Assembly: GCA_016207165.1 (NCBI GenBank)
Contig: JACQQD010000001.1
Location: 96,001 to 160,000, forward strand
From: Candidatus Micrarchaeota archaeon
GTDB taxonomy: Archaea > Micrarchaeota > Micrarchaeia > Norongarragalinales > Norongarragalinaceae
Reading direction: 5' to 3'
Length of the DNA: 64,000 nt
Shown piece by piece: positions 37,505-47,507 of this stretch (position 1 is its first letter; every line of letters starts with the position of its first letter). A program made the translations under genes and the position numbers. The notes below the pieces were generated by a model that worked only from the letters and a program-made list of their open reading frames with translations, was not told the DNA's origin and did not search any database.

Positions 37505-39445
37505 TTAGTTTACCTCGTTGTTTTTTTTCTTTCGCGCGGCCACTTGTTTTTGGAGTTGGCGAAGTTGGTTGCGCAAGTCGATGGCTTTCTCGAATTCCAG
37601 GTTGGTGGCGGCGTTTTGCATGGACGTTTCCGTGTTGACCAGTTCCTCACGGAGTTTCTTGTCGGAAAGCACCGTGACGTCCAGGTGTTCGACGGGCTGC
37701 TCGAGGATTTTTTTCTGGATGGTTTTAGGGGTGATGCCGTGGGCGGCGTTGTACGCCAACTGTTTTTCGCGTCGTCGCGCCGTCTCGTCCATGGCGGTTT
37801 GCATGGATTTTGTGACGTGGTCGGCGTAGAGGATGACTTGGGCGTCCGTGTTGCGGCAGGCCCGCCCGATGGTTTGGATCAAGCTTTTTTCGGCGCGCAA
37901 GAAGCCTTCCTTGTCGGCGTCCAAAATGGCGACCAGGGCGACTTCGGGCAGGTCCAATCCTTCTCGCAGCAAGTTGATTCCCACCAGGCAATCAAATTCG
38001 CCGAGGCGCAACTGGCGCAAGAGTTCGGTGCGTTCCAGGGTCTTGATTTCCGAGTGCAAGTAGCGCACTCGGATTTGTTTTTCGGAGAGGTATTCGGTGA
38101 GGTCTTCGGCAAAGCGTTTGGTCAGCACCGTCACCAGGGTTCGGTGCCCTTTCTTGGCGGTTTCCCGGATTTGTTTTTCCACGTCTTGGATTTGGGTTTT
38201 GGCGGGACGGACTTCGACGTGCGGGTCCACGACGCCGGTAGGCCTAATGAGTTGTTCGACGACGGGGTACTCTAGTTCGAATTCACCGGGGGTGGCGGAG
38301 ACGAAGATGACGTTTTTCATGTATTTCTGGAATTCGTTGAATTTCAGGGGCCGGTTGTCCATGGCCGATGGAAGGCGGAAGCCGTAGTCCACGAGGTTTT
38401 TCTTGCGGGTGAAATCGCCGTGGTACATGCCTCGCAGTTGTGGAAGGGTTACGTGGGACTCGTCGATGATGGTGAGGAAGTCCTCCGGGAAATAGTCCAG
38501 CAGGCAGGAAGGCGGCGTGCCGGGGGCTCGTCCGTCGAAATGCCTGGAATAGTTTTCGATTCCGGAGCAGTACCCCAATTCCTGGATTTGTTCCACGTCG
38601 TATTCGGTTCGTTGCTTGAGGCGGTGGCGTTCCAGTTCCGAAAGCTGGGGCAGGCGGTCGTCCAGTTCGCGTTGAATGCTTTGGATGGCGGAATCCACTT
38701 TTTCTTGGGGGGTGACGAAGTGCTTGGCGGGCACGATGAACGCTTTTTGCATGTCTTGGATTCTTTCTCCGGAAACCCCTCGAATCCGCGTGATTTTCTC
38801 GATTTTTTTCCCGAAAAAGCGGATGCGGAACGCGTCGTCGCCGTATCCCGGAAACACGTCGACGGTGTCGCCTTGGACGCGGAAAGAGCCTTTCTTGGGG
38901 TCGGTGGTGCGCTGGTACTGCATGTGGATGAGTTGGCGCAAAAAGGTTTGGCGGTCAAGTTCCTGGTTTTTCTGGAGGGTGGCGCTTAACGCGGCAAAGT
39001 CCTTTGGTGAGCCGAGGCCGTAGATGCAGGACACGGTGGCCACCACCACGGTACACGGGTCGGAGAGCAGGGACGCGGTGGCTTGCAACCGCAATTCCTC
39101 GATTTTCTCGTTTCGTTTGACGTCTTTTTCGATGTAGAGGTCCTGGGCGGGCAAGTAGCTTTCGGGTTGGTAGTAGTCGAAATAGGACACGAAGTAGCCG
39201 ACTTGGTTGTGGGGGAAAAACTCGCGAAATTCCTGGTAGAGTTGCGCGGCCAGCGTCTTGTTGTGGGAGATGACCAACGCGGGTTTTTGGGTTTGGGCGA
39301 TGACGTTGGATACGGTGAACGTCTTGCCCGTGCCGGTCGCACCCAGAAGCGTCTGCTTGCCGCCTTTTTTGACTCCTTGGACCAATGCTTGGATGGCTTG
39401 GGGCTGGTCGCCGGTGGGCGTGAACGGTGCCGCTACGTCATACAT
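37505..39445 (-). CDS. uvrB: Excinuclease ABC subunit B
   Basis: GATGTGKT, YFDYYQPESY, DESH and LREGLDLPEV. Confidence 0.98.
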   Translation of the reverse strand: MYDVAAPFTPTGDQPQAIQALVQGVKKGGKQTLLGATGTGKTFTVSNVIAQTQKPALVISHNKTLAAQLYQEFREFFPHNQVGYFVSYFDYYQPESYLPAQDLYIEKDVKRNEKIEELRLQATASLLSDPCTVVVATVSCIYGLGSPKDFAALSATLQKNQELDRQTFLRQLIHMQYQRTTDPKKGSFRVQGDTVDVFPGYGDDAFRIRFFGKKIEKITRIRGVSGERIQDMQKAFIVPAKHFVTPQEKVDSAIQSIQRELDDRLPQLSELERHRLKQRTEYDVEQIQELGYCSGIENYSRHFDGRAPGTPPSCLLDYFPEDFLTIIDESHVTLPQLRGMYHGDFTRKKNLVDYGFRLPSAMDNRPLKFNEFQKYMKNVIFVSATPGEFELEYPVVEQLIRPTGVVDPHVEVRPAKTQIQDVEKQIRETAKKGHRTLVTVLTKRFAEDLTEYLSEKQIRVRYLHSEIKTLERTELLRQLRLGEFDCLVGINLLREGLDLPEVALVAILDADKEGFLRAEKSLIQTIGRACRNTDAQVILYADHVTKSMQTAMDETARRREKQLAYNAAHGITPKTIQKKILEQPVEHLDVTVLSDKKLREELVNTETSMQNAATNLEFEKAIDLRNQLRQLQKQVAARKKKNNEVN

Positions 39446-39594
39446 TTTTTTCTTGGCCTTCCCCCGAGAAATCGGTCGTATTTTGATGCCGTTACTGGCT
39501 TTTTTGGCTTTGCCCCAGTGGCTGGCCGGTGAACGTCAGTCCGGTGGGGTGGGGGGCGGGCTTGTTTTGGCCGGATAACGTGCGTTTTGCGCTT

Positions 39595-39831
39595 CTAGGG
39601 CACGCGGACGCCCAGGATTTTCAGCACCATCAAAACGACGAGCACGATTAACGCGGCGATGGCCAAGATGCCGAGGCCTTGCGTGAGCATGGCGGGTCGA
39701 ATGAGGGAGTTGTAGCTTCGTTCGGATGGTTCTTCCGGGGGTTTTGGGGGCAGGGCCGTTCTTCGTTCCAGTACGATGTGGCCGTTGAGGTCTTCGGGGC
39801 TGAAGGGTACGTGGGGCCGCAGCCTAGCCAC
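39595..39831 (-). CDS. Small membrane protein
   Basis: C-terminal TM helix; overlaps the stop of the upstream gene. Confidence 0.5.
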   Translation of the reverse strand: MARLRPHVPFSPEDLNGHIVLERRTALPPKPPEEPSERSYNSLIRPAMLTQGLGILAIAALIVLVVLMVLKILGVRVP

Positions 39832-41230
39832 GGGGTTTTCCCTCTTCCAGGTTGGGTTGCGTCAGGCGGGTGGGTTCAAGCAGGGCATCCAACTCTTTTT
39901 TCGTCAAGAGTTTTTTCTCCAGGACCACGTCCGCGACGCTTTGGCCTTTCGTCAATGCCTCTTGGACCAGCTTGGAGACTTGGCTGTAGCCCAAGATGGG
40001 GTTCAGGGCCGTGGCGACAATGGTGCTTTCCCGGACGTACCGGTCCAAGGTTTTGGCGTTCGCCGTGATGCCATCCACGCATGAATCCGCGAGCATAGTG
40101 CAGGTTTTGGTGTAGAGGTCCATGGTGGACAGCAATTCAAAGGCGATCAGAGGCGTGTTGGAGTTCAAGTCCAGTTGCGTGTTCTGGCAGGACAGTTCCA
40201 CGGCGTGCATGGCGCCGATGCCGTGCATGGCCGCCATTTCCGCGGCTTCCACGATGGAGGGGTTGACTTTGCCGGGCATGATGGAACTTCCGGGCTCGAC
40301 TTCCGGCAACCGGATTTCGGATAGGCCTGTTTTCGGGCCGCTAGAAAGCAGTTTGAGGTTGGCGCTGATGCGGACCAGGTCCGTGCCCAACAGCGTGAGG
40401 GATTGGGCGGCGTGAAGAAAATCGTTGTGGTTCTGCGTCAGTTCGATGGGGTCGTCGGTGGGCGAAAGTGGGACGCCGCAGAGCTTGGAAAGTTGTATGC
40501 AAACGGTTTTCCGGTACGCGGGCGTGGTGTTGATTCCGGTTCCCGCCGCGGTCCCGCCTAAATGGATTTCCGAGAGGGCGGCGAAACCGGCCTTCATGCG
40601 CGTGCGGCTGCGGTGGACGGCCGAGGCGTACGATTGGAATTGTTGGCCCAAGGTCATGGGCACGGCGTCCTGCAAATGGGTGCGCGCGGGCTTGACGAGT
40701 TTGGAAAACGCGGTGGCTTTTTTGGAGAACGCGTCTTGCAGGTTCTTGGCGGCGGCCTCCAGTTTCGGCCACGCCATGAGGCACGCGACGCGCGCCGCCG
40801 TGGGGATCACGTCGTTGGAGGACTGGCTCATGTTGACGTGGTTGTTGGGATGGACGGTATACTCGCCTTTTTTTCCGCCTAACAATTCGGTGGCGCGGTT
40901 GGCCAGGACTTCGTTGACGTTCATGTTGTAGGGCGTTCCGGCTCCGGCTTGGAAGGCGTCGAGGGGGAACTGGTCGTCGAATTTTCCGGCGAGTGTCTCG
41001 TCGACCGCCCTGGAAATGGCGTCGGCTTTTTCTTTTTCCAACCGCCTTTCCTTGGCGTTGGCCTGCGCCGAGGCTTTCTTGACCAGCAAAAGCGCGTTTA
41101 ACAAGAGCGGCGGGATTTTGTGCGGGGAGAGGTTGAAATTCTCCAGGGCGCGCACGGTGAACGCGCCAAAGTAGGCGTCTTTCGGCACGCGGACGCTGCC
41201 CAGGAAATCGTGTTCCATGCGGTAGGCCAT
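39824..41230 (-). CDS. Aspartate ammonia-lyase / class II fumarase
   Basis: GSSIMPGKVNP, NMSQSSND and RTHLQDAVP; ATG at 41230. Confidence 0.92.
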   Translation of the reverse strand: MAYRMEHDFLGSVRVPKDAYFGAFTVRALENFNLSPHKIPPLLLNALLLVKKASAQANAKERRLEKEKADAISRAVDETLAGKFDDQFPLDAFQAGAGTPYNMNVNEVLANRATELLGGKKGEYTVHPNNHVNMSQSSNDVIPTAARVACLMAWPKLEAAAKNLQDAFSKKATAFSKLVKPARTHLQDAVPMTLGQQFQSYASAVHRSRTRMKAGFAALSEIHLGGTAAGTGINTTPAYRKTVCIQLSKLCGVPLSPTDDPIELTQNHNDFLHAAQSLTLLGTDLVRISANLKLLSSGPKTGLSEIRLPEVEPGSSIMPGKVNPSIVEAAEMAAMHGIGAMHAVELSCQNTQLDLNSNTPLIAFELLSTMDLYTKTCTMLADSCVDGITANAKTLDRYVRESTIVATALNPILGYSQVSKLVQEALTKGQSVADVVLEKKLLTKKELDALLEPTRLTQPNLEEGKPRG

Positions 41231-41286
41231 AACGCCTTTATCGCTGACCGAAGTTTTAAATGGTTGTTCGGTCAGCTTTACCCCCA

Positions 41287-42948
41287 ATGCAGTTTGACGT
41301 CGTCATCGTGGGTGCGGGCCTGGCGGGTCTGCGCGCGGCCATTGAATTGGAGGGCCGGTGTGCGGTGTTCTCCAAGTTCTACCCCAATTTGTCCCATTCC
41401 ACCGAAGCCCAGGGTGGCATCAACGCGGTGCTGGATCCCGTGGACAAGACGGAAAACCACTTTTTCGACACTGTGAAGGGCTCCGACTGGCTGGGGGACC
41501 AGGATAAAATCGATATTCTGGTGCAAGACGCGCCCCGCGTCATTTCGGAGATGCAGGAATGGAACGTGTCTTTTTCCCAAACCAACCAAGGCCAGGTGGC
41601 CCAGCGGCCGTTTGGAGGCCAGAACTTCAACCGGACTTGTTTTGTGGCGGACAAGACCGGTCACGCGTTGCTGTCGGGAACTCTCGCCAAGGCCAGGGAA
41701 AAGGACATCCAAATTTTTTCCGAGTGGTTCGTCACGAAAATCGTCGTTCAAGACGGCAAAGCGGTGGGCGTCGTGGCGTTGGAGCTTTCCTCCGGAAAAT
41801 TCCACTCCGTCGCTTGCAAGGCCGTGCTGTTGGCTACCGGAGGCGCGGGACGCGTGTACGGCAGGACGACGAACGAAAAGAACACCGGCGACGGCATTTT
41901 TTTGGCGTTTGAGGCCGGCGCGCCCATCATGGACTTGGAATTCGTTCAATTCCATCCCACCACGCTTTTCGGCTCCAACAAGTTGATGAGCGAGGGCGCG
42001 CGCGGGGAAGGCGGCTATTTGCGGAACAAAAACGGCGAGCGTTTCATGAAGAATTACGCGCCGGACAAGATGGAGCTGGCGCCCCGCGACGTGGTGGCCC
42101 GCGCCATCACGCGCGAAATTTTGGCGGGCCGGGCGTTTGAGGACGAGTACGTGCACTTGGACTTGACGCATTTAGGCAAAGAACACGTCTTGGAAAAGTT
42201 GCCGCAGATCCGCGAAATCGCGTTGCAGCGGACGGGCAAGGACATGATTTCCGAACCCATTCCCGTGCAGCCGGGCCAGCATTACACCATGGGCGGCGTG
42301 GCCACGGACGCCGACGGGAAAACGGGGGTGCCCGCCGGCCTTTTTGCCGCCGGCGAGTGCGCGTGCGTGTCGGTTCACGGAGCCAACCGTTTGGGCGGCA
42401 ACTCCCTTTTGGAAACCTTGGTCTTCGGACGCCGGGCGGGCCGGGCCATCCGCGATTACGTGGAAGGCCAGTCCTTTGTTGGCTTGCCGGCGGACGCGGC
42501 CAACGCGGACGCGTCGTTCCGTGACGCGTTGTTTAAACGCTATGAAGGCGAGAAAGTCGCGGACGTGCGCCGGGAAATGGGGGCCGTCATGGACCGGTAC
42601 GTCGGCGTGTTGCGCACTGAAAAGAGCTTGATGGAGGCCCGCGCCCGGTTGGCGGAAATTCGGAAGCGCTTTCAAAACGTGTTCATTTACGACCACAGCC
42701 ACGCGTTCAACAACGACTTGGTGGCCGCGTTTGAGTTGAAGGGCATGCTGAAACTCGCGGAAATCATGGTGGAGGGCGCCCTGATGCGAAAGGAAAGCCG
42801 GGGAAGCCATTTTCGGGAAGACGTTCCCGGAAGAGACGACGAAAAATGGTTGAAGCACACGTTGGCGTTCAAGGACGACGACGGAATCCGGTTGGACTAC
42901 AAACCAGTGACCGTCACGACGCTGCCGCCGCAAAAGCGGGAGTATTAG
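41287..42948 (+). CDS. sdhA: Succinate dehydrogenase/fumarate reductase flavoprotein subunit
   Basis: [37 protein letters not shown] and ESRGSH. Confidence 0.9.
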   Translation: MQFDVVIVGAGLAGLRAAIELEGRCAVFSKFYPNLSHSTEAQGGINAVLDPVDKTENHFFDTVKGSDWLGDQDKIDILVQDAPRVISEMQEWNVSFSQTNQGQVAQRPFGGQNFNRTCFVADKTGHALLSGTLAKAREKDIQIFSEWFVTKIVVQDGKAVGVVALELSSGKFHSVACKAVLLATGGAGRVYGRTTNEKNTGDGIFLAFEAGAPIMDLEFVQFHPTTLFGSNKLMSEGARGEGGYLRNKNGERFMKNYAPDKMELAPRDVVARAITREILAGRAFEDEYVHLDLTHLGKEHVLEKLPQIREIALQRTGKDMISEPIPVQPGQHYTMGGVATDADGKTGVPAGLFAAGECACVSVHGANRLGGNSLLETLVFGRRAGRAIRDYVEGQSFVGLPADAANADASFRDALFKRYEGEKVADVRREMGAVMDRYVGVLRTEKSLMEARARLAEIRKRFQNVFIYDHSHAFNNDLVAAFELKGMLKLAEIMVEGALMRKESRGSHFREDVPGRDDEKWLKHTLAFKDDDGIRLDYKPVTVTTLPPQKREY

Positions 42949-42961
42949 TAGTGATGTTTCA

Positions 42962-44455
42962 ATGACTTTTTCTATGGTTTTCAACACTGAGCAAGTTTTC
43001 AAAACTGAAGGCGTTCCAGATTATACCTTTGTTAAGCCATCGAATTACACCGATATTTTCATTGATTTTCGTAATCCGAAAAAGCCGGTAATTCTTGAAG
43101 GCCAATCTGGTACGGGTAAAACTACTGTTGCTTTGAAAATACTAAGTGAGCTTTACACTGGAAACGAGCCAAAGGTTTACAGCGGCCGCAATCGAGACGA
43201 CGTTACTGCCTTAAGGAGTGCACTTTTGAGTAGAACCAGTCCGGTAATAATTATAGATGATTTTCATAGGCTTTCTGATGACCTAAAGGAGGAAATTGGC
43301 GAAAGCATAAAGATTTTTGCCGAGAAAGATTCAACCCCCGTTCCCAAAGTAATCATTATTGGGATTAACAAAATTGGCACAAGTTTAGTTCAGTTTACTC
43401 CGGACTCAGCAAAACGACTTGGAATACATAAAATTGCCAAGGGTTCCAGATCCCAAATCTTCGAACTTATTTCTAAAGGCGAAGCCACGTTGAATCTGGC
43501 ATTTTCGGACGAAGATAAAGAAAAAATTCTAAATGAAGCTGAAGGTGACTATTGGCTCACTCAATTAATCTGTCAGAAGATTTGTATCCAGCACGACATT
43601 CTTTCTACTCAGTCATCCACCGTCACTTTACCTTTCGATGTTAATAGTGTTAGACTTGCATTGGTTGATAAGTTTGATGAACGTTACAAGCCTTTTGTTT
43701 TAGAATTTGTTAAGGGGACTCGATTTAGACAATCGAACCGAGGTTACTTTAGACTTCTCCATGCGGTTTCCGAATCAGGTAAGGCCACGGTTAGTTTTGA
43801 CGAATTATCTGGAGAAAATCCGAAGATTAAGCCTACGCTTGACCAGATTAAGAAAAAGCGTCTGGCCCAATTAATTCAGAAAAAGAATTTAGAAAATTTC
43901 TTTTACTTTGATTCAAAACTCTATACGTTTTCAATTGAGGATCCTGCTGTGGCGTATTATGTTCGATATCTAACCTGGGAGAACCTACGGAAGGATGCTG
44001 GTTTTTCTAAAGAAGTATCTGAGTTTAAGTATGATGTTGCGTTTTCATTCGCTGGGTCTAGCAGAGATTTAGTCGAATTGGTTAAGACCGAACTCGAGGA
44101 ACAAGACGTCACCTGCTTCTATGATCGGGATTATGAGCACAAATTGTTGGGTTCGGATTTAGAAGCGGAGTTCGAGGCAGTCTACTCTAAAGATTCTCAT
44201 CTAGTTGTAGCATTTATTGACGAAGAATACAAGACTCGAATCTGGCCCAAATTTGAACGAAGCTGTTATAATTCGAGAGTTGGATCCGGTCAAGTAATTC
44301 CTGTGCGGCTAGACGACACGATTATACATGAAATCTCCGACAGTATCGGTAGAATCGACTTTTCTCTATCCTCGGGTTGGGAGTCAAAAACTAAATCTCT
44401 TTTAACAGATAAAATATTTGAACGATTGAAGGAATTAGATTCTAGCGTTTCGTGA
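42962..44455 (+). CDS. P-loop ATPase fused to a C-terminal TIR domain (putative antiviral defence)
   Basis: GQSGTGKT, IIIDDFH; YDVAFSFAG...FYD...WPKFE...IPVRLDD; AT-rich relative to flanks. Confidence 0.85.
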   Translation: MTFSMVFNTEQVFKTEGVPDYTFVKPSNYTDIFIDFRNPKKPVILEGQSGTGKTTVALKILSELYTGNEPKVYSGRNRDDVTALRSALLSRTSPVIIIDDFHRLSDDLKEEIGESIKIFAEKDSTPVPKVIIIGINKIGTSLVQFTPDSAKRLGIHKIAKGSRSQIFELISKGEATLNLAFSDEDKEKILNEAEGDYWLTQLICQKICIQHDILSTQSSTVTLPFDVNSVRLALVDKFDERYKPFVLEFVKGTRFRQSNRGYFRLLHAVSESGKATVSFDELSGENPKIKPTLDQIKKKRLAQLIQKKNLENFFYFDSKLYTFSIEDPAVAYYVRYLTWENLRKDAGFSKEVSEFKYDVAFSFAGSSRDLVELVKTELEEQDVTCFYDRDYEHKLLGSDLEAEFEAVYSKDSHLVVAFIDEEYKTRIWPKFERSCYNSRVGSGQVIPVRLDDTIIHEISDSIGRIDFSLSSGWESKTKSLLTDKIFERLKELDSSVS

Positions 44456-44461
44456 TTTTCA

Positions 44462-46099
44462 ATGAATGCCGCGGATTTGTTCGTCCAATGCTTGGAAGTG
44501 GAAGGCGTCCAATACGTTTTCGGCATTCCGGGCGAGGAAACGCTGGAGATCAACGAGGCGTTGGACCAGTCCAAGCAAATCCAGTTCATCGCTTTTCGCC
44601 ACGAGCAGGGCGCCGCGTTTGCGGCGGACGTGTACGGCCGGCTGACCGGCAGACCCGGGGTTTGTTTGGCCACGTTGGGCCCTGGGGCCACCAACCTCAT
44701 TACCGGAGTGGCGGATGCGAACCTGGACCGGGCTCCGCTTGTAGCCATCACTGGCCAAAAGGCGTTGCGGTCGGCGCACAAGGAGTTCCACCAGTACATT
44801 GACGTGCCGCAGGTGTTTAAAGCGGTGACGAAGTGGACGCAACGCATCTTGACGCCGGACACGGTTCCGGAAGTGGTGCGCAAGGCGTTCCGCATCGCGA
44901 TTTTGGAAAAGCCCGGGGCCACGCACGTGGAACTCTCGGAAGACGTGGCTTCCGCGCCCGTGATTGGAAAGCCCTTGCGTCCGGCGCCCAAACTCATGTT
45001 TCGCGCGTCGGACAAAGAGCGCCGGGAGGCGTTGGCCATTCTGGATAACGCCGCGCGTCCGTTGATTTTGGCTGGAAACGGGGTGATTCGTTCGCGCGCC
45101 ACCCCGGAACTCGTTGCTTTCGCCGAAAAGACGAACATTCCCGTGGCCAACACCTTCATGGCCAAGGGCGCGTTTCCCTCCGATCACCCGTTGCACGTGT
45201 CCACCCTGGGTCTTCAGTCCAAGGATTACTTGACGTGCGGGTTTGACCGGGCGGACTTGGTCATTGCCATCGGCTACGATTTGGTCGAATACGCGCCCGC
45301 GTTTTGGAACCCCAACAAGGACAAGAAGATTTTGTGCATCGACTTGGTTCCCAGCGAAGTGGACGCCCACTACAACTTCGACTTGGAGCTGGTCGGCAAC
45401 ATTTCCTACGTGCTCAAGAAGCTCACCGAGGAAACCACGTACCGCAACGGGGACGATTACTCGTTGGGTTTGAAGCGGTTGATGGCCGAAGAGAAAAAAC
45501 AGGTGGGTTCCGACTCCGATTTTCCCGTCAAACCGCAACGCATCATTGCCGACTTGCGCGCCGCTTTGGGAAGGTCCGACATCCTCATTTCCGACGTGGG
45601 CGCGCACAAGCTGTGGATTGGACGGCTGTATTCGGCGTACGAGCCGAACACGTGCATCATTTCCAATGGTTTTGCTTCCATGGGCATCGCTTTACCGGGA
45701 GCCATTGGCGCCAAGCTGGCGTTTCCCGAAAAGAAAGTCGTGGCCGCCATGGGGGATGGATGCTTTTTGATGAATTCCCAGGAGCTGGAGACGGCGGTTC
45801 GGCTGGGCCTGGATTTCGTGGTCGTGATTTGGAGCGACCGGGAATTCGGCGCCATTTCCTGGCACCAGAAAAAGCGTGGTTTCAAGCCCGCCGGCATTTC
45901 GTTTACCAATCCGGACTTCGTCAAGTACGCGGAAAGCTTCGGGTGCCGGGGCGTTCGCGTTTCCAGGGCCTCGGAGTTTTTGCCGGCATTGCAGAAGGCC
46001 CTGGATTTTAAGGGCATCACCGTGATTGACGTGCCGGTGGACTACTCGGAGAATATGACGCTGACGCAGAAGTTGGGCCAGAACATTTGCCCTGTTTAA
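44462..46099 (+). CDS. ThDP-dependent acetolactate-synthase-like enzyme (candidate 2-oxoglutarate decarboxylase)
   Basis: RHEQGAAF, TLGPGATN, GDGCFLMNSQELET and DVPVDYSEN. Confidence 0.9.
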   Translation: MNAADLFVQCLEVEGVQYVFGIPGEETLEINEALDQSKQIQFIAFRHEQGAAFAADVYGRLTGRPGVCLATLGPGATNLITGVADANLDRAPLVAITGQKALRSAHKEFHQYIDVPQVFKAVTKWTQRILTPDTVPEVVRKAFRIAILEKPGATHVELSEDVASAPVIGKPLRPAPKLMFRASDKERREALAILDNAARPLILAGNGVIRSRATPELVAFAEKTNIPVANTFMAKGAFPSDHPLHVSTLGLQSKDYLTCGFDRADLVIAIGYDLVEYAPAFWNPNKDKKILCIDLVPSEVDAHYNFDLELVGNISYVLKKLTEETTYRNGDDYSLGLKRLMAEEKKQVGSDSDFPVKPQRIIADLRAALGRSDILISDVGAHKLWIGRLYSAYEPNTCIISNGFASMGIALPGAIGAKLAFPEKKVVAAMGDGCFLMNSQELETAVRLGLDFVVVIWSDREFGAISWHQKKRGFKPAGISFTNPDFVKYAESFGCRGVRVSRASEFLPALQKALDFKGITVIDVPVDYSENMTLTQKLGQNICPV

Positions 46100-47466
46100 T
46101 AGATGTTGTAGGCTTTGACGTTGCAGAATTCCTTCAAGCCGAATTCTCCCAATTCCCGTCCGATCCCCGATTTCTTGATGCCGCCAAACGGCATGCGGGG
46201 GTCGCTTTGGGTGACGTGGTTGACGAACACCGCTCCGGCCTGGATTTGTCGGGCCACGTTTTCCCCGCGTTTGACGTCTTTCGTCCACACGGAGCCGCCC
46301 AGTCCCAGTTCCGAGTCGTTGGCCAACGCCACGGCTTCTTCATCCGATGAAACGATCATGATGGGGGCGGCTGGGCCGAAGACTTCCTCGCTCCACACCC
46401 GCATGTCTTTGGCCACTTGGCTTAAGACGGTGGGCGCGTAGAACGCTCCCTTCGGAAAACCCGCCGGAATTTTTCCGCCGCAAAGCACTTTCGCGCCTTT
46501 GGCCACTGAATCGTCGACTTGGTTTTTGACTTCGTCGCGTTGCTTGGCCGATGAAAGGGGGCCGATTTGCGTGTCGGAGTCCATGGGGTCCCCGACTTTC
46601 AACGACGCCATCTTTTGTACGAATCCCTTCGTGAACGCGTCCGCGATTTTTTCGTGGACGATGAAGCGCTTGGCGGCGATGCAGCTTTGCCCGTTGTTCT
46701 GGACTCGTCCGTGGACGGCGGCGGCCACGGTTTTCTCCAAGTCCGCATCCTCCAACACGATGAACGGATCGGATCCCCCCAACTCCAACACGAGTTTCTT
46801 GAGGTTTTCGGAGGCTTGCGCGCCAACGATTTTTCCGGCTTTCTCGCTGCCCGTCAAGGAAACGCCTTGGATGTACGGGGACTGGACCATGGCTTCCACG
46901 GCGTCATGCCCCGTGATGACGACGTTGAAAACGTTTTCAGGAAAACCCGCTTCCCGGAACGCCTCGCCTAAGGCGTTGGCGCACAAAGGCACGTTGTTGG
47001 AGTGCCGCAAGACCAGGGTGTTGCCCGCCAGCATGGTGGGAATGGCCACGCGAAGCAACTGCCAGAACGGAAAATTCCACGGCATGACGGCCAGCACCGT
47101 GCCCAGCGGCTCAAATCGGACGACGTGCTTGCGGCCATCGGCATGCACTTCGTGGTCTTTGAGCCATTCCGACGCGTTTTCCGCGTAGACTTCCGCCGTC
47201 CACGCGCTTTTCTCGACTTCCGCTTCGGCTTGGCGGATGGGTTTGCCCATTTCCCGGACCATGGTCTCCGCGTACTCTTTTTTCTTTGCGCGGAGTGCCC
47301 GCGCCAGTTTTTTTAGGCAGGCCCCCCGTTTTTCCAGGGCAACGTTTTTCCACCCCGCAAACGCGTCATGGGTTTTCCGGCAGGCGTCCACGGCTTGCGC
47401 CGCGGTCATGGCCTCCAAGGTGGCGTTGATGGTTCCGTCAAACGGGTTGATGGATTGAATCGGCAT
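46096..47466 (-). CDS. NAD(P)-dependent succinate-semialdehyde dehydrogenase-like aldehyde dehydrogenase
   Basis: MPWNFPFWQ, LELGGSDP, NNGQSCIAAKRF and EEVFGP. Confidence 0.9.
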   Translation of the reverse strand: MPIQSINPFDGTINATLEAMTAAQAVDACRKTHDAFAGWKNVALEKRGACLKKLARALRAKKKEYAETMVREMGKPIRQAEAEVEKSAWTAEVYAENASEWLKDHEVHADGRKHVVRFEPLGTVLAVMPWNFPFWQLLRVAIPTMLAGNTLVLRHSNNVPLCANALGEAFREAGFPENVFNVVITGHDAVEAMVQSPYIQGVSLTGSEKAGKIVGAQASENLKKLVLELGGSDPFIVLEDADLEKTVAAAVHGRVQNNGQSCIAAKRFIVHEKIADAFTKGFVQKMASLKVGDPMDSDTQIGPLSSAKQRDEVKNQVDDSVAKGAKVLCGGKIPAGFPKGAFYAPTVLSQVAKDMRVWSEEVFGPAAPIMIVSSDEEAVALANDSELGLGGSVWTKDVKRGENVARQIQAGAVFVNHVTQSDPRMPFGGIKKSGIGRELGEFGLKEFCNVKAYNIY

Positions 47467-47507
47467 GGTTGCCTGTCACCCTCTGTAAACCTGGTGTTGG
47501 CCCTTGA

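Noticed and set aside
39446-39594. G-rich and hairpin sequence upstream of uvrB
   Set aside because: No recognisable RNA family or repeat copy; too weak to support.
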